Assembly (NCBI GenBank): GCA_963665295.1
Contig: OY762209.1
Location: 3,232,001 to 3,296,000 of the forward strand
Direction of reading: 5' to 3'
DNA from: Syntrophorhabdaceae bacterium
GTDB taxonomy: Bacteria > Desulfobacterota > Syntrophorhabdia > Syntrophorhabdales > Syntrophorhabdaceae
DNA length: 64,000 nt
The translations under genes and the position numbers were made by a program. The notes under the pieces are model-generated. The model saw only the letters and a list, made by a program, of their open reading frames with translations, made no database searches and was not told the origin of the DNA. Of this stretch, positions 9,015 to 19,243 are shown one piece after another (positions within the stretch are counted from its first letter, which is position 1; every line of letters begins with the position of its first letter).

Positions 9015-9893
9015 ATGAAAATAGCGTTTACAAGCGGCAAAGGAGGGACAGGAAAAACGACGGTCGCAGTTAATCTAGCCTATTTCCTTGCCAATTCAGG
9101 TCAACAGGTCCAGTATCTCGACTGCGACGTGGAGGAACCCAACGGCCATATCTTCCTGAAGCCGGAGATCCGTATAAAACGGTCCGCAAAAGTCATGGTG
9201 CCCGTGATTGACCAGGATAAATGTACCTCATGTGGAGACTGCAGCGCCAAGTGCCAGTTTAACGCAATGGTGACGCTCCCGGGAAACACGCTCATTTTTC
9301 CTGAACTTTGTCATAGCTGCGGTCTTTGTGTAAGAATCTGTCCCCAGGGCGCCCTTAGCGAAGGCGAGCGGGAGATCGGGCATATAGAGGAAGGAAAATC
9401 CTTTACCACTATAGATTTCGTCAGCGGAGTGCTTCACGTAGGTGAACCGATGGCGGGGCCGCTTATTCAGCAGGTCAAAAAGGAGTGCGGGCAGGGTTGC
9501 ACCCAGATTATTGACGCGCCGCCGGGAACCTCGTGTCCCGTCGTGAAAACCATCTCAGACGCGGACTACGTGGTGATGGTCACGGAGCCCACGCCCTTCG
9601 GCCTCCACGACCTGAGAATAGCCGTGTCCGTGGCGCGAAACCTGTCCAAGCCGGTCGGCGTCGTGATTAACAGGGCCAACGGCAAGTTCTCCCCTCTCGA
9701 CGACTACTTGTCGGAAGAAGGCCTGCCTGTACTGATGATCCTGCCTGAAGACCGCGAGATTTCAGTCAGCTACTCGACGGGCAACCTCATTCTTCAGACC
9801 CTGCCTGCCTATATGAAACAATTCATGGAATTGATCGTCAATATCGGGAGAATATCGGGTAGCGCGCGAAGGGGGCAGGGGACATGGAACTGA
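9015..9893 (+). CDS. MinD-like P-loop ATPase with 2x[4Fe-4S] insertion (ORP-complex type)
   Basis: SGKGGTGKTT, DCDVEEPN, two CxxCxxCxxxC-like motifs, DAPPGTSCP. Confidence 0.9.
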   Translation: MKIAFTSGKGGTGKTTVAVNLAYFLANSGQQVQYLDCDVEEPNGHIFLKPEIRIKRSAKVMVPVIDQDKCTSCGDCSAKCQFNAMVTLPGNTLIFPELCHSCGLCVRICPQGALSEGEREIGHIEEGKSFTTIDFVSGVLHVGEPMAGPLIQQVKKECGQGCTQIIDAPPGTSCPVVKTISDADYVVMVTEPTPFGLHDLRIAVSVARNLSKPVGVVINRANGKFSPLDDYLSEEGLPVLMILPEDREISVSYSTGNLILQTLPAYMKQFMELIVNIGRISGSARRGQGTWN

Positions 9894-10768
9894 TAAAGGA
9901 AGTGGTTGTGGTGAGTGGAAAGGGCGGGACGGGCAAAACCTCTCTTTCGGGCGCCCTCGCGACCTTGTTCCAAAACAGGGTAATAGCGGATTGCGACGTG
10001 GATGCGGCAAATCTTCATCTCATTCTCAATCCCGAAGAGGCTTCTCGAAGTATGGTGTTTATGGGAGGAAAGAAGGCAAAGATCAACCCGGAGTCCTGCG
10101 TACGGTGTGGGACATGCAAAGAGGTATGCCGTTCCATGGCTATATCCGAGAATTTTATGGTAGACCCGTTCCTGTGCGAGGGCTGCGGAGCATGCTATTT
10201 TCTCTGCCCGGCAGAGGCAGTCAGTTTCTCCTCCCATCTGGCGGGGCATTGCTATGCAAGCCGTATTGCAGATGACGGTCGGTTTGTCCATGCTGAAATC
10301 TTTCCGGGAGAGGAGAACTCAGGGAAACTCGTTGCCATGGTGAGAGATGAGGCACGCAAAGAGGCGGAAGAGGCCGGTCACAGGCTTATCCTTATCGACG
10401 GCCCACCCGGCATAGGGTGCCAGGTGATTTCTTCTCTCACCGGGACCAATCTGGCCGTGGTGGTGACGGAGCCGACGCCCTCGGGCATCCACGACCTGAA
10501 ACGGGTGGTCGAATTAATCAAACACTTCCGGATCAAGGCCGCGCTGGTAGTGAATAAGGGTGATATTAACCCTCAATACACCGGGGAAATGAGGTCGTAC
10601 TGCGATGCGCAAGACCTTCTTTATCTCGGTGAAATCCCCTACGAACCGAAGATTACGGCGGCGCAAAAACAGGCGATGACAATTCTCGAATTTGACCCCC
10701 ACTGCGAGGCAAGTGAGGCAATACGAGCTATCTACACAAAACTACAATCAGCTTTGGAGGAATTATGA
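9884..10768 (+). CDS. Second MinD-like P-loop ATPase with ferredoxin domain
   Basis: SGKGGTGKTS, DCDVDAANL, CVRCGTC, CEGCGAC, DGPPGIGC. Confidence 0.9.
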   Translation: MELIKEVVVVSGKGGTGKTSLSGALATLFQNRVIADCDVDAANLHLILNPEEASRSMVFMGGKKAKINPESCVRCGTCKEVCRSMAISENFMVDPFLCEGCGACYFLCPAEAVSFSSHLAGHCYASRIADDGRFVHAEIFPGEENSGKLVAMVRDEARKEAEEAGHRLILIDGPPGIGCQVISSLTGTNLAVVVTEPTPSGIHDLKRVVELIKHFRIKAALVVNKGDINPQYTGEMRSYCDAQDLLYLGEIPYEPKITAAQKQAMTILEFDPHCEASEAIRAIYTKLQSALEEL

Positions 10769-12024
10769 ACTGCAACGAAACAACTGATGATGCAATAAGC
10801 GACGAGGCTCTCAAGGCAAGACTTGACCGGATCGGTCATGTCTTTATCGTTCTTTCCGGCAAGGGAGGTGTAGGAAAGAGCACGGTGGCGGTAAATCTGG
10901 CCATGAGCCTCTCTTTAAGGGGATTGAGGACGGGAATACTTGACGTTGATATCCACGGCCCGAGCATACCGAAACTGCTCGGACTTTCGGGTCAAAGGAT
11001 CGGAGTTAAGAATGAAGAGATTGTCCCCTTGGAGGCGTATGGCAATCTTAAAGCGGTTTCCATGGGATTCTTCCTCGACGGAAATGAGCTTCCGGTCATA
11101 TGGAGAGGGCCGATGAAAGCGAAAATGATACGTGAATTTGTTGAGCACGTTGCGTGGGGAGACCTTGACTGTCTCGTGGTGGATTGTCCTCCGGGAACGG
11201 GCGATGAGCCTCTTTCGGTCGCACAGATCTTTGGCGCGAAAAGCAGCGGGATCATCGTCACCACCCCCCAGCAGATCGCCACTATCGATGTGGAGAAGTG
11301 CATTACCTTCTGCGGGCAACTGGGCATCCCGGTTGCGGGAATCGTGGAAAATATGAGCGGATTCGTCTGCCCTGAGTGCGGCAAAGAGGTGGATATCTTT
11401 TCTTCCGGAGGGGGGCAAAAGCTGGCGGACAAATTTGACCTTCCCTTCCTCGGAAAAATCCCTCTCGATCCGGACATCGTGAAGAGCGGCGACGAGGAAC
11501 AACCCTACATCTACTTTTACTCAAAGACCAAAACAGCGGAGAGGTTTGGTGAGATCATCGAGCAGATAGTCTCTTTCGGAAAAGAAGTAGAGGCTGATAG
11601 CCAGGAAGGCGCGTGCTGTTCCGGTCCGTCCTCTTGTCAACAGGATGAGAAAAATGCACCACAGATTATGAATAACAAGGAGGATACCATGAGATTTGCA
11701 GTCCCGACAAATGAAGGAAAGTTGTGCGCTCACTTTGGCCACTGTGAAAAATTTGCCCTTATCGATACCGATGCAAACGGCGCCATAGTGAATGAGAGCT
11801 ATATCACCCCGCCTCCCCACGAACCCGGACTTCTGCCTCCATGGCTTTCCGAGCAGGGCGTCAACTGCATTATAGCCGGTGGAATGGGCAGCCGCGCACA
11901 GCAGCTTTTTGCTCAGCAGAGCGTGAAGGTGGTTACCGGTGCGCAGGGCGAAATCCCGAGAGAGATCGTCGAGAATTACCTCAAGGGGGCACTCCTCACC
12001 GGAACGAACACCTGCGACCATTAG
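10765..12024 (+). CDS. mrp: Mrp/ApbC Fe-S carrier ATPase fused to a NifX-like domain (MrpORP type)
   Basis: SGKGGVGKST, VIWRGP, DCPPGTGDE, ENMSGFVCPECG; C-terminal HFGHC..PPHEPG..GGMG..NTCDH. Confidence 0.9.
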   Translation: MNCNETTDDAISDEALKARLDRIGHVFIVLSGKGGVGKSTVAVNLAMSLSLRGLRTGILDVDIHGPSIPKLLGLSGQRIGVKNEEIVPLEAYGNLKAVSMGFFLDGNELPVIWRGPMKAKMIREFVEHVAWGDLDCLVVDCPPGTGDEPLSVAQIFGAKSSGIIVTTPQQIATIDVEKCITFCGQLGIPVAGIVENMSGFVCPECGKEVDIFSSGGGQKLADKFDLPFLGKIPLDPDIVKSGDEEQPYIYFYSKTKTAERFGEIIEQIVSFGKEVEADSQEGACCSGPSSCQQDEKNAPQIMNNKEDTMRFAVPTNEGKLCAHFGHCEKFALIDTDANGAIVNESYITPPPHEPGLLPPWLSEQGVNCIIAGGMGSRAQQLFAQQSVKVVTGAQGEIPREIVENYLKGALLTGTNTCDH

Positions 12025-12079
12025 GCAGCGGTATGTGCGGAAGGAGTCGGTGAGGAAGACCAAAACATAGGGGGCAGCG

Positions 12080-13033
12080 ATGGTGAAAATTCCTGAAGTG
12101 GACAAACTGAGTCTCACGGTCATTACCGACAACTACTATGATTCGCTCAGGCCGGCTCCCGCTTTTGCAGAAAGGTACCGTGCAGCCCCGAACGCATCTC
12201 TCTACGCCGAGCACGGCCTCTCCTGCTATATGGAGGTTGTGATCGACGGCAGGGCGCGGGGGTTCATGTTCGATTACGGGTCTGACTCGCCTGGAATCGT
12301 AAGGAACATGGACTTCCTGAAGATAGATGTGGGCAGGGTACTGGCCTTCGGCTTAAGCCATGGTCATTTTGACCATTGGGGAGGCCTTATAGGTCTCCTA
12401 AGGCATAATGCATCAAAAATCACGAAAGGCACCCCGCTGTATGTGGGAGAGGAGGCCTTTGCCCACAGATATTCTCTCCGCCCTTCGGACGCTGAACCGC
12501 AGGACATCGGTCAGTTGACCAATTACATTGACAGGCTCGGCATTGTAAAAATAGTTGAAATAAAGGATCCCACAGAGGTGATTCCCGGAGGGTATCTTAC
12601 GGGGAATATAGAGAGGGTCACGGATTACGAAAAGGGGTCGTCGTCCCTGCTCGTGGAACGGAGCGGGAAGCTGGAGCATGACGAATTTCCCGGCGAACAA
12701 GCTGTTGTGTGGAATATAAAGGACAAGGGGCTTGTTATACTCTCGGGATGTGCCCACGCGGGCATCGTAAACACGGTAAAACATGCGCGGAAAATGTCAG
12801 GTGTCGAGAAAGTCCATGCCGTAGTAGGAGGGTTCCATCTGGTCAATGCGGAATTTGCGACAATTGAGAGGACCCTGGCTGATCTTAAAAAGATCGGCCC
12901 CGACCATGTCATCCCTGCGCACTGCACCGGGTTCGAGGCGATTCAAGTCTTTGCAAAGGAGATGGCGAAACAGTTTACCCTCAATACTGTGGGTACAAAA
13001 TATACGTTCGGAGCGGGGAGAGATGATGGGTAA
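12080..13033 (+). CDS. MBL-fold metallo-hydrolase
   Basis: AEHGLS, LSHGHFDHWGG, SGCAHAG, GGFHL, PAHCTG. Confidence 0.85.
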   Translation: MVKIPEVDKLSLTVITDNYYDSLRPAPAFAERYRAAPNASLYAEHGLSCYMEVVIDGRARGFMFDYGSDSPGIVRNMDFLKIDVGRVLAFGLSHGHFDHWGGLIGLLRHNASKITKGTPLYVGEEAFAHRYSLRPSDAEPQDIGQLTNYIDRLGIVKIVEIKDPTEVIPGGYLTGNIERVTDYEKGSSSLLVERSGKLEHDEFPGEQAVVWNIKDKGLVILSGCAHAGIVNTVKHARKMSGVEKVHAVVGGFHLVNAEFATIERTLADLKKIGPDHVIPAHCTGFEAIQVFAKEMAKQFTLNTVGTKYTFGAGRDDG

Positions 13034-13793
13034 GGAAAAGGACTCCATGTTACAGAGTGCACATGACGCGTTCGAAGGAATGGTGAGAGAATACGGTCTT
13101 CTGGACAGGGAGGTATCCGTTCTCGTGAAGACCCTTTCTGCCGAAGAGGCGATCGGCACCCCGGGAAGAAGAGATTTTCCTATTACCCTTGGCCGTGAGA
13201 GGGTAGTAGAGGCAGAGTTTCTCGGTGTCAAGGCCCACGCCTTCACGGATTCACCGTGTGAATTTGTGGGGACATTACAGGGAATAATAGATTTGCCTCT
13301 TCTTACGAACGGACAGCGAGCCATGTACATTGCAGTCATGAACGCAGTCCTTCGCCACCTCGACATTATTGAATCCACGCTTCATTGCAGGGACGAGGAA
13401 CCTGAAAAGTGCGCAGCGGAAGTATCTTCCTTCATAAAGACAAAATTTGGCTCGATCAGGATCGGTCTCGTCGGTTTGAACCCTGCGATCGCCGAGAGGC
13501 TGAGTCAGGACTTCGGCAGCGGGAATATGAGAATAACTGACCTTAATAGTCTCAATATCGGCTCAACAAAATTCGGGGTGGAGATATGGGATGGCGGGTC
13601 GGAGACGGAGCGTCTGGTCAAGGACTCCGATCTTGTGATTCTCACGGGAACTACATTCGTAAATGACACGTTTGACGCCATCTGGAGCCTCATAGACAAA
13701 TATGAAAAGGAGTATCTTGTCTTTGGAGTGACGGCGGCGGGCATCTCGGAAACTATGAGTTTGCACAGGATATGTCCTTATGGGAGAAAATGA
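13023..13793 (+). CDS. DUF364-like Rossmann-fold protein
   Basis: LTGTTFVNDT, FGVTAAG, terminal RICP; start ~13023 (the ORF-track extension overlaps the previous gene). Confidence 0.7.
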   Translation: MMGKEKDSMLQSAHDAFEGMVREYGLLDREVSVLVKTLSAEEAIGTPGRRDFPITLGRERVVEAEFLGVKAHAFTDSPCEFVGTLQGIIDLPLLTNGQRAMYIAVMNAVLRHLDIIESTLHCRDEEPEKCAAEVSSFIKTKFGSIRIGLVGLNPAIAERLSQDFGSGNMRITDLNSLNIGSTKFGVEIWDGGSETERLVKDSDLVILTGTTFVNDTFDAIWSLIDKYEKEYLVFGVTAAGISETMSLHRICPYGRK

Positions 13794-13869
13794 CCGGATT
13801 GGAGACCCCGACTGCCCTAACCGGGACAGGGCATGGAACGCAAATATATTGAATGAGGAGTTTTTGGTT

Positions 13870-14661
13870 ATGCAAAATGTAAAAATAGTCATAAAGGGAG
13901 CGGGAGAAATGGCCACAGGAATAGCCCACCGGTTGTTTATGGCCAACCTCACGTCTATCGTGATGACCGAAATACCTGAGCCGGTCTGCGTTCGACGCAC
14001 CGTTGCGTTTTCTGAAGCCGTTTACGAGTGGCAGGCGAAAGTCGAAGGTATCGAAGCGAAGCTCATCAAAGACCGGAATGAGCTTGACAGTGTGTGGGAG
14101 TCCGAAAAAATAGCCGTCATCGTTGATCCTGAATGGAAGATAGTAAACGATCTCAGGCCCGATGTAGTGGTGGATGCAACAATGGTCAAGCGCTATACGG
14201 GAACGAAAAAGGAAGAGGCTCCCCTGGTTATCGGCGTGGGGCCGGGCTTTCTCGCATCCCACGACGTCCATGCAGTGGTGGAAAGCAACAGGGGCCACTA
14301 CCTGGGGAGAGTGCTTTGGAACGGCTCCGCAGAGCCGCGCAACGGTGTCCCCGGCGCCGTCATGGGATACGCGAGGGAGAGGGTGCTCAGGGCGCCTCGG
14401 GCTGGAATTGTGAAGCATGCCAAAGCATTAGGGGATTCGGTCAACAAGGGGAACCTTATTCTCCATATAGGCGAGACGCCTGTATATGCCACGATTGCCG
14501 GAGTCTTGCGTGGGCTGATTCGTGAGATATCCGTTCCAAAGGGCGAGAAAATAGGGGACATCGATCCTCGAGAGAAAATAGAGTATTGCTACACCATCAC
14601 GGACAAGGCGCGCGCTATCGCGGGCGGCGTACTGGAAGCGATAATGCACTTTTACAATTGA
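13870..14661 (+). CDS. yqeB: Selenium-dependent molybdenum hydroxylase system protein YqeB
   Basis: KGAGEMATGIAHRL, VRRTVAFSEAV, VESNRGH.LG, KIGDIDPR, TDKARAIAGGVLEA. Confidence 0.9.
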   Translation: MQNVKIVIKGAGEMATGIAHRLFMANLTSIVMTEIPEPVCVRRTVAFSEAVYEWQAKVEGIEAKLIKDRNELDSVWESEKIAVIVDPEWKIVNDLRPDVVVDATMVKRYTGTKKEEAPLVIGVGPGFLASHDVHAVVESNRGHYLGRVLWNGSAEPRNGVPGAVMGYARERVLRAPRAGIVKHAKALGDSVNKGNLILHIGETPVYATIAGVLRGLIREISVPKGEKIGDIDPREKIEYCYTITDKARAIAGGVLEAIMHFYN

Positions 14662-14671
14662 GGGCAGGGAG

Positions 14672-15670
14672 ATGTACATTTACGGCATAATTAATGAATA
14701 TCTGAGAAATGGGCATGGCGGCATACTGGCCACGGTGATCAAAAGAACCGGCTCTGCCCCCAGAGACGTGGGCACCAAGATGTTTATGGGCGATGACGGC
14801 AAGGTATTCGGCACCATAGGCGGCGGCAGGGTTGAAGCCGAGGTCCGCGAGGAAACCCAATTGATCATGAATAAGGGCGTGACAAAAGTCCTTTGTGTCT
14901 ACACTGATACGCAAATAACAGAGGACCAGGAGATGACCTGCGGGGGTGACCTCGAAGTGCTTCTGGAACCCGTGACCAGGGGGCAGCTTGACGTCTACCA
15001 AGGGATAGAGGCTTTTGGAAAATCGAGGAGAAGGGGTCTCGTTATCACCAAGTTCCGCAACCACGGCCTGACCAAAAGCCTCGTAGACAGGGATATGAAA
15101 ACCATTGGCGATACGCTCGCTGAAGAGATGATGGAGTTTTCTGAGACTCTCTTCCATGAGAAGAAGCTTACGGTGATGGACGGTGTGCTGATAGACCCCA
15201 TCCAGCTTGCATTCCCCCTGTATCTTTTCGGCGCCGGCCATGTCTCCAGATATGTTTCCATGATCGCGAAGATCGCCGAGTTTGACGTCACCGTCATCGA
15301 TGACAGGGAGCAATATGCAAATAGGGAAAGGTTCCCTGATGCGGATGTGATCATTGCAGGGGATTTTCAGGACGCCTTTGGCTATCTTGATTTTACGGGC
15401 AACGAGTATGTGGTGATCGTGTCAAGGAGCCATGAGACGGATGAGGCTTACCTGCATAAAGCCCTTCTGAAGCCTTCGAAGTACATAGGGATGATCGGCA
15501 GCAAAAGAAAAGTGAAGGCCATTTTTGACCACCTGAAGGAAAAGGGGTTTACCGACACAGATATGGAGAGAGTTCACTCGCCCATAGGGATTCCTATTGA
15601 TGCAGAGACACCGCAGGAAATAGCGGTCAGTATTGTCGCGGAGCTTATTCAGGCCAGGGCGGGAACGTAG
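14672..15670 (+). CDS. xdhC: XdhC/CoxI Moco chaperone
   Basis: GSAPR, GTIGGG.VE, CGG, FGAGHVS, YIGMIGSKRK, AETPQEIAVSIVAE. Confidence 0.9.
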   Translation: MYIYGIINEYLRNGHGGILATVIKRTGSAPRDVGTKMFMGDDGKVFGTIGGGRVEAEVREETQLIMNKGVTKVLCVYTDTQITEDQEMTCGGDLEVLLEPVTRGQLDVYQGIEAFGKSRRRGLVITKFRNHGLTKSLVDRDMKTIGDTLAEEMMEFSETLFHEKKLTVMDGVLIDPIQLAFPLYLFGAGHVSRYVSMIAKIAEFDVTVIDDREQYANRERFPDADVIIAGDFQDAFGYLDFTGNEYVVIVSRSHETDEAYLHKALLKPSKYIGMIGSKRKVKAIFDHLKEKGFTDTDMERVHSPIGIPIDAETPQEIAVSIVAELIQARAGT

Positions 15671-15724
15671 CAGAGTTGTAAGCGGGACGTGGGCACACAG
15701 CGTTCCGGCAGGAAGGGAAAGCGG

Positions 15725-16348
15725 ATGGCGAAAGCGGAAGCCTTTGAGGGTTTCACGAGGGAATACGATGAATGGTTTGTCGTAAATGACAGCGCCTACG
15801 TATCCGAAATGAGGGCAATAAGGCGCCTCCTCCCCGAGAGCGGATCAGGGTTGGAAGTAGGGGTGGGAACCGGAAGATTCGGGGCGCTCCTGGGAGTGGG
15901 GGTCGGGGTCGATCCATCTCACAAAATGGCGTGCCTTTCAAAAGACCGCGGACTTAAGATGTGCGAAGCGGTGGCCGAAGATTTACCTTTCCCCGATGCA
16001 ACTTTTGATTTTGTTCTTATGGTGACCGCGATCTGTTTCTTTGACGATTTGGAGAGGGCTCTTTCGGAGGCTTACAGGGTGTTGATGCCGAGAGGGGCCA
16101 TCATCATCGGGTTCATAGACAGGGAGAGTGGTCTGGGACAGCAGTACCGGTTGAAAAAGGAGAGAAGCAGATTCTACCAAAATGCCATTTTCTACTCAGC
16201 GGAGGAAGTGGCAGCGTACCTGAAAAGGGCGGGATTCCATGTCTTTGGGTTTATGCAGACTTTGTTTCAAAGCGGCGTACTGGAAGAGGAGCAAGCGAGG
16301 AACGGTTTTGGCGAAGGTGGTTTCGTTGTGGTGAGGGCTGAAAGGTAG
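15725..16348 (+). CDS. Class I SAM-dependent methyltransferase
   Basis: LEVGVGTGRF, AEDLPF..FD. Confidence 0.85.
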   Translation: MAKAEAFEGFTREYDEWFVVNDSAYVSEMRAIRRLLPESGSGLEVGVGTGRFGALLGVGVGVDPSHKMACLSKDRGLKMCEAVAEDLPFPDATFDFVLMVTAICFFDDLERALSEAYRVLMPRGAIIIGFIDRESGLGQQYRLKKERSRFYQNAIFYSAEEVAAYLKRAGFHVFGFMQTLFQSGVLEEEQARNGFGEGGFVVVRAER

Positions 16349-16379
16349 AAAGAGAAATACAAAGAAATGAGGGGAAGAG

Positions 16380-17150
16380 ATGGAAATTCTGAATGATATT
16401 CTGCAGAACATAGCGACGGATGCAGCAGTAACGGAAGTGAGACGGGGTCTTCACTGGACAGCGGTGGTAAGCAGACATTGCGGTCTGGCATCGACTCTGG
16501 ATGCGGGCTCCTGCGCCCACGAGGATGACAACAAGACAGAGGGCTCCTTCACTGAAATGACTGCCCTGCAGCTTGCCCGATACTGCCTTTCCGAAGACAC
16601 AGGCATGGCGTCGCTCGGAATTGCCGCCCTAAACTCCCTTCTTGATGTGGATGTGGAAAAGTGCGCGGATCTGGACGGGCTGAAACTGGTCCATGACATA
16701 GGAAAAGGGAAGAACGTCTCAATCATAGGCCACTTCCCCTTCCTGGAAGACCTCGCAAAGACCGCGGCGAACCTCTGGATCATAGAAAAGCACCCGAGAC
16801 CCGGAGATATCCCCGAGGAGGGAGGAAAGGACTATATCGCCCGCTCCGATATCGTGGTGATCTCAGGCACCACCCTGATTAACCACACCCTGACCGGCAT
16901 TCTGGAATGGTGTAAGGAAAAAAGCGTCAAGATGCTCCTCGGTCCCTCTACCCCCATGTCGGAGACTCTCTTCGATTGCGGCATAGACATTCTGTCGGGG
17001 AGCATGGTGACAGACAAAGAGGCGCTGCTCAAGCTCGTCGGCGAGGGGGTGAGCTATATGAGGATCAAAAAATCAGGCGCCACGAGATTTGTTACCATGG
17101 TGAAAAACATGGGTGATATCAGGAAGAAAGCAAACAATGCTACACAATAG
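16380..17150 (+). CDS. DUF364 (putative heavy-metal chelation) protein
   Basis: GIAALNS, IIGHFP, SGTTLINHT, LGPSTP. Confidence 0.85.
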   Translation: MEILNDILQNIATDAAVTEVRRGLHWTAVVSRHCGLASTLDAGSCAHEDDNKTEGSFTEMTALQLARYCLSEDTGMASLGIAALNSLLDVDVEKCADLDGLKLVHDIGKGKNVSIIGHFPFLEDLAKTAANLWIIEKHPRPGDIPEEGGKDYIARSDIVVISGTTLINHTLTGILEWCKEKSVKMLLGPSTPMSETLFDCGIDILSGSMVTDKEALLKLVGEGVSYMRIKKSGATRFVTMVKNMGDIRKKANNATQ

Positions 17151-17182
17151 ACGGTGACTGAGAAATAAGGAGGAATCAGGGA

Positions 17183-17575
17183 ATGAACATTTACAGTGAT
17201 AAGGTGCTTGACCACTTTCAGCGACCCAGGAACTCGGGGATTCTTGAAGACGCGAACGGAGTCGGCGAATTCGGCGATCCGGGTTGCGGGGACTTTCTTA
17301 AGGTCTTTCTCAAGGTGGAAGGTGATACCATCGCGGACGTAAAGTATCAGATAAGGGGTTGCCCGGCCTCCATCGCCTGTGCCAGTGCCATGAGCGAGCT
17401 TGCCATGGGCAAGAACCTTGACGATGCCATGATGATCATGGATGAGGACATCGTGGAGGCCCTCGACGGACTGCCTGAGCATAAACTTCACTGCTCGAAC
17501 CTGGGAGCGGTGGGGCTTAAGAAGGCCATCACCGACTATTTTGAGAAATACGTGGCTCAAGGAGGGGCAGCATAG
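17183..17575 (+). CDS. iscU: NifU/IscU-type Fe-S scaffold
   Basis: YSDKVLDHF..PRN, CGD, GCPASIA, LPEHKLHCS. Confidence 0.85.
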   Translation: MNIYSDKVLDHFQRPRNSGILEDANGVGEFGDPGCGDFLKVFLKVEGDTIADVKYQIRGCPASIACASAMSELAMGKNLDDAMMIMDEDIVEALDGLPEHKLHCSNLGAVGLKKAITDYFEKYVAQGGAA

Positions 17576-17646
17576 AGATATGCCGGGCTTCAGTGTGTAC
17601 TGCTGAAAAGGTTTTGTCCTGAACCGGGCATAATAAGGGGGTACAT

Positions 17647-18180
17647 ATGTTTTTCAAGTTCGACGGGAAGCAGCCGCAGGTGGGAAAGACGGGTACCTAT
17701 GTGAGCGAAACAGCCCAGGTCATCGGGGATGTGCGGATCGGCAATCTCTGTTATATCGGTCATGGGGCCATCCTGCGCGGCGATTACGGGACCATCGAGA
17801 TAGGGGATGGAACGGCGATTGAAGAAGGGGTTATGGTCCACGCCCCTCCCGAGGACCGTTGCTCCATAGGCCAGGGAGTGACTATAGGTCATGGGGCCAT
17901 AGTCCATGCAAAGCGGATAGGCGACTTCGTGGGAATTGGGATGGGCGCAATATTGAGTATCCGCTCGGAAGTAGGAGATGGTTCCATTATTGCGGAAGGG
18001 GCGGTAGTCAAAAGGGAACAGAAGATACCCGAATCCATCGTGGCGGCAGGCAATCCGGCGAGGAAGATTAAGGATGTGACCGAAAGGGAACGGGACTTCT
18101 GGAATTGGGGACGACAGGTTTACAGAGATCTGGCGCAGAAGTACTTGGACATCGGCATGGAGAGGATCAACATATATTGA
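17647..18180 (+). CDS. Gamma carbonic anhydrase family (hexapeptide repeat) protein
   Basis: AQVIGDV.IG, LRGD, TIGHGAIVH, GNPAR. Confidence 0.85.
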   Translation: MFFKFDGKQPQVGKTGTYVSETAQVIGDVRIGNLCYIGHGAILRGDYGTIEIGDGTAIEEGVMVHAPPEDRCSIGQGVTIGHGAIVHAKRIGDFVGIGMGAILSIRSEVGDGSIIAEGAVVKREQKIPESIVAAGNPARKIKDVTERERDFWNWGRQVYRDLAQKYLDIGMERINIY

Positions 18181-18269
18181 CAACGCGTTTTGGCTCGGAT
18201 ACTAAAGGAAGCCTGCCAGAGGTGACTCAGGTTTCCTTTTCAAATGAGCCCGGCGTAAAGGAGGTTGTC

Positions 18270-19190
18270 ATGAAAGGATGCATTTGCTCATGTATCGCGG
18301 CAATCGGGTGGTCTCTTCTCGCGGTGATCTGTTCCGCGGCGCCTCATGACCCCGTGGTATCCACCGGGTGGCTTCAGAAGCACATCGATAACGGGTCACT
18401 GATCGTATTGGATATAAGAAAGGTGGAGGAATACAGAGAGAGCCACATCCCCGGCTCCATTTCTCTCACCTTCAACGCCTGGAGGACGACGGACGAGAAC
18501 ATGGGGTGCCAACTCCCCATGAAGGATGAGCTTGAAGACAAAGTCTGCTCCATGGGAGCAGACGTGAACTCCCACGTGGTTATCGTAGGAAAGACCGACA
18601 CGGACGTGGCTTGCGTGAGCGCGACACGGGTTGCATGGACTTTGAGGTACGCGGGAATCCGTAACCTCTCCATACTCGACGGCGGTTTCGGCAAATGGGT
18701 CAGGGAAGGCAGGCCGCTCGCGGAGAAAGTAACCAAAAGAGCCAAGAGCGATTTCCGGTGCGGATGGAACGAGAGCGTCCTTGCCACCAAGAAAGACGTG
18801 ATGGATTCCTGCGCCTGCAAAGGGCAGGATGCGATTGTCGATACGAGACCGGTGGCCCAATTTACGGGGAAGGTCGCGTGCCCGTCCGTAAAGAGGAAGG
18901 GCCATATCCCCGGGGCTGTAAATCTCCCCTATTCTCTCGTGTATACGAAAGACGGGATGTTCGAGTCCAGGGAATCACTCCAGGCTTTGGCCTCCCGGCA
19001 CATAGGGAAAAACAAGGAAAGGAAGACCATCGTGGTGTGTTCAAACGGCCAGTTTGCCTCAGCCTGGTGGTTTGCCTTGAGTGAGATCCTTGGGTACAGG
19101 GACGTGAAAATCTACGATGGCTCCATGGAAGAGTGGTGCTGCGATCAGGCGGCTCCGCTTGCCGTGAATCCGTCAGGACAGAAACGCTGA
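18270..19190 (+). CDS. Double-domain rhodanese/sulfurtransferase, possibly exported
   Basis: HIPG twice, LDGG..KW, CSNG, YDGSMEEW; hydrophobic N-terminus; SD GGAGG before ATG 18270. Confidence 0.85.
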   Translation: MKGCICSCIAAIGWSLLAVICSAAPHDPVVSTGWLQKHIDNGSLIVLDIRKVEEYRESHIPGSISLTFNAWRTTDENMGCQLPMKDELEDKVCSMGADVNSHVVIVGKTDTDVACVSATRVAWTLRYAGIRNLSILDGGFGKWVREGRPLAEKVTKRAKSDFRCGWNESVLATKKDVMDSCACKGQDAIVDTRPVAQFTGKVACPSVKRKGHIPGAVNLPYSLVYTKDGMFESRESLQALASRHIGKNKERKTIVVCSNGQFASAWWFALSEILGYRDVKIYDGSMEEWCCDQAAPLAVNPSGQKR

Positions 19191-19243
19191 GAGGCAAATT
19201 GAAAGGTTTCCGCAGGCTTACTTTGCAAGGGAATGGTGGTGAA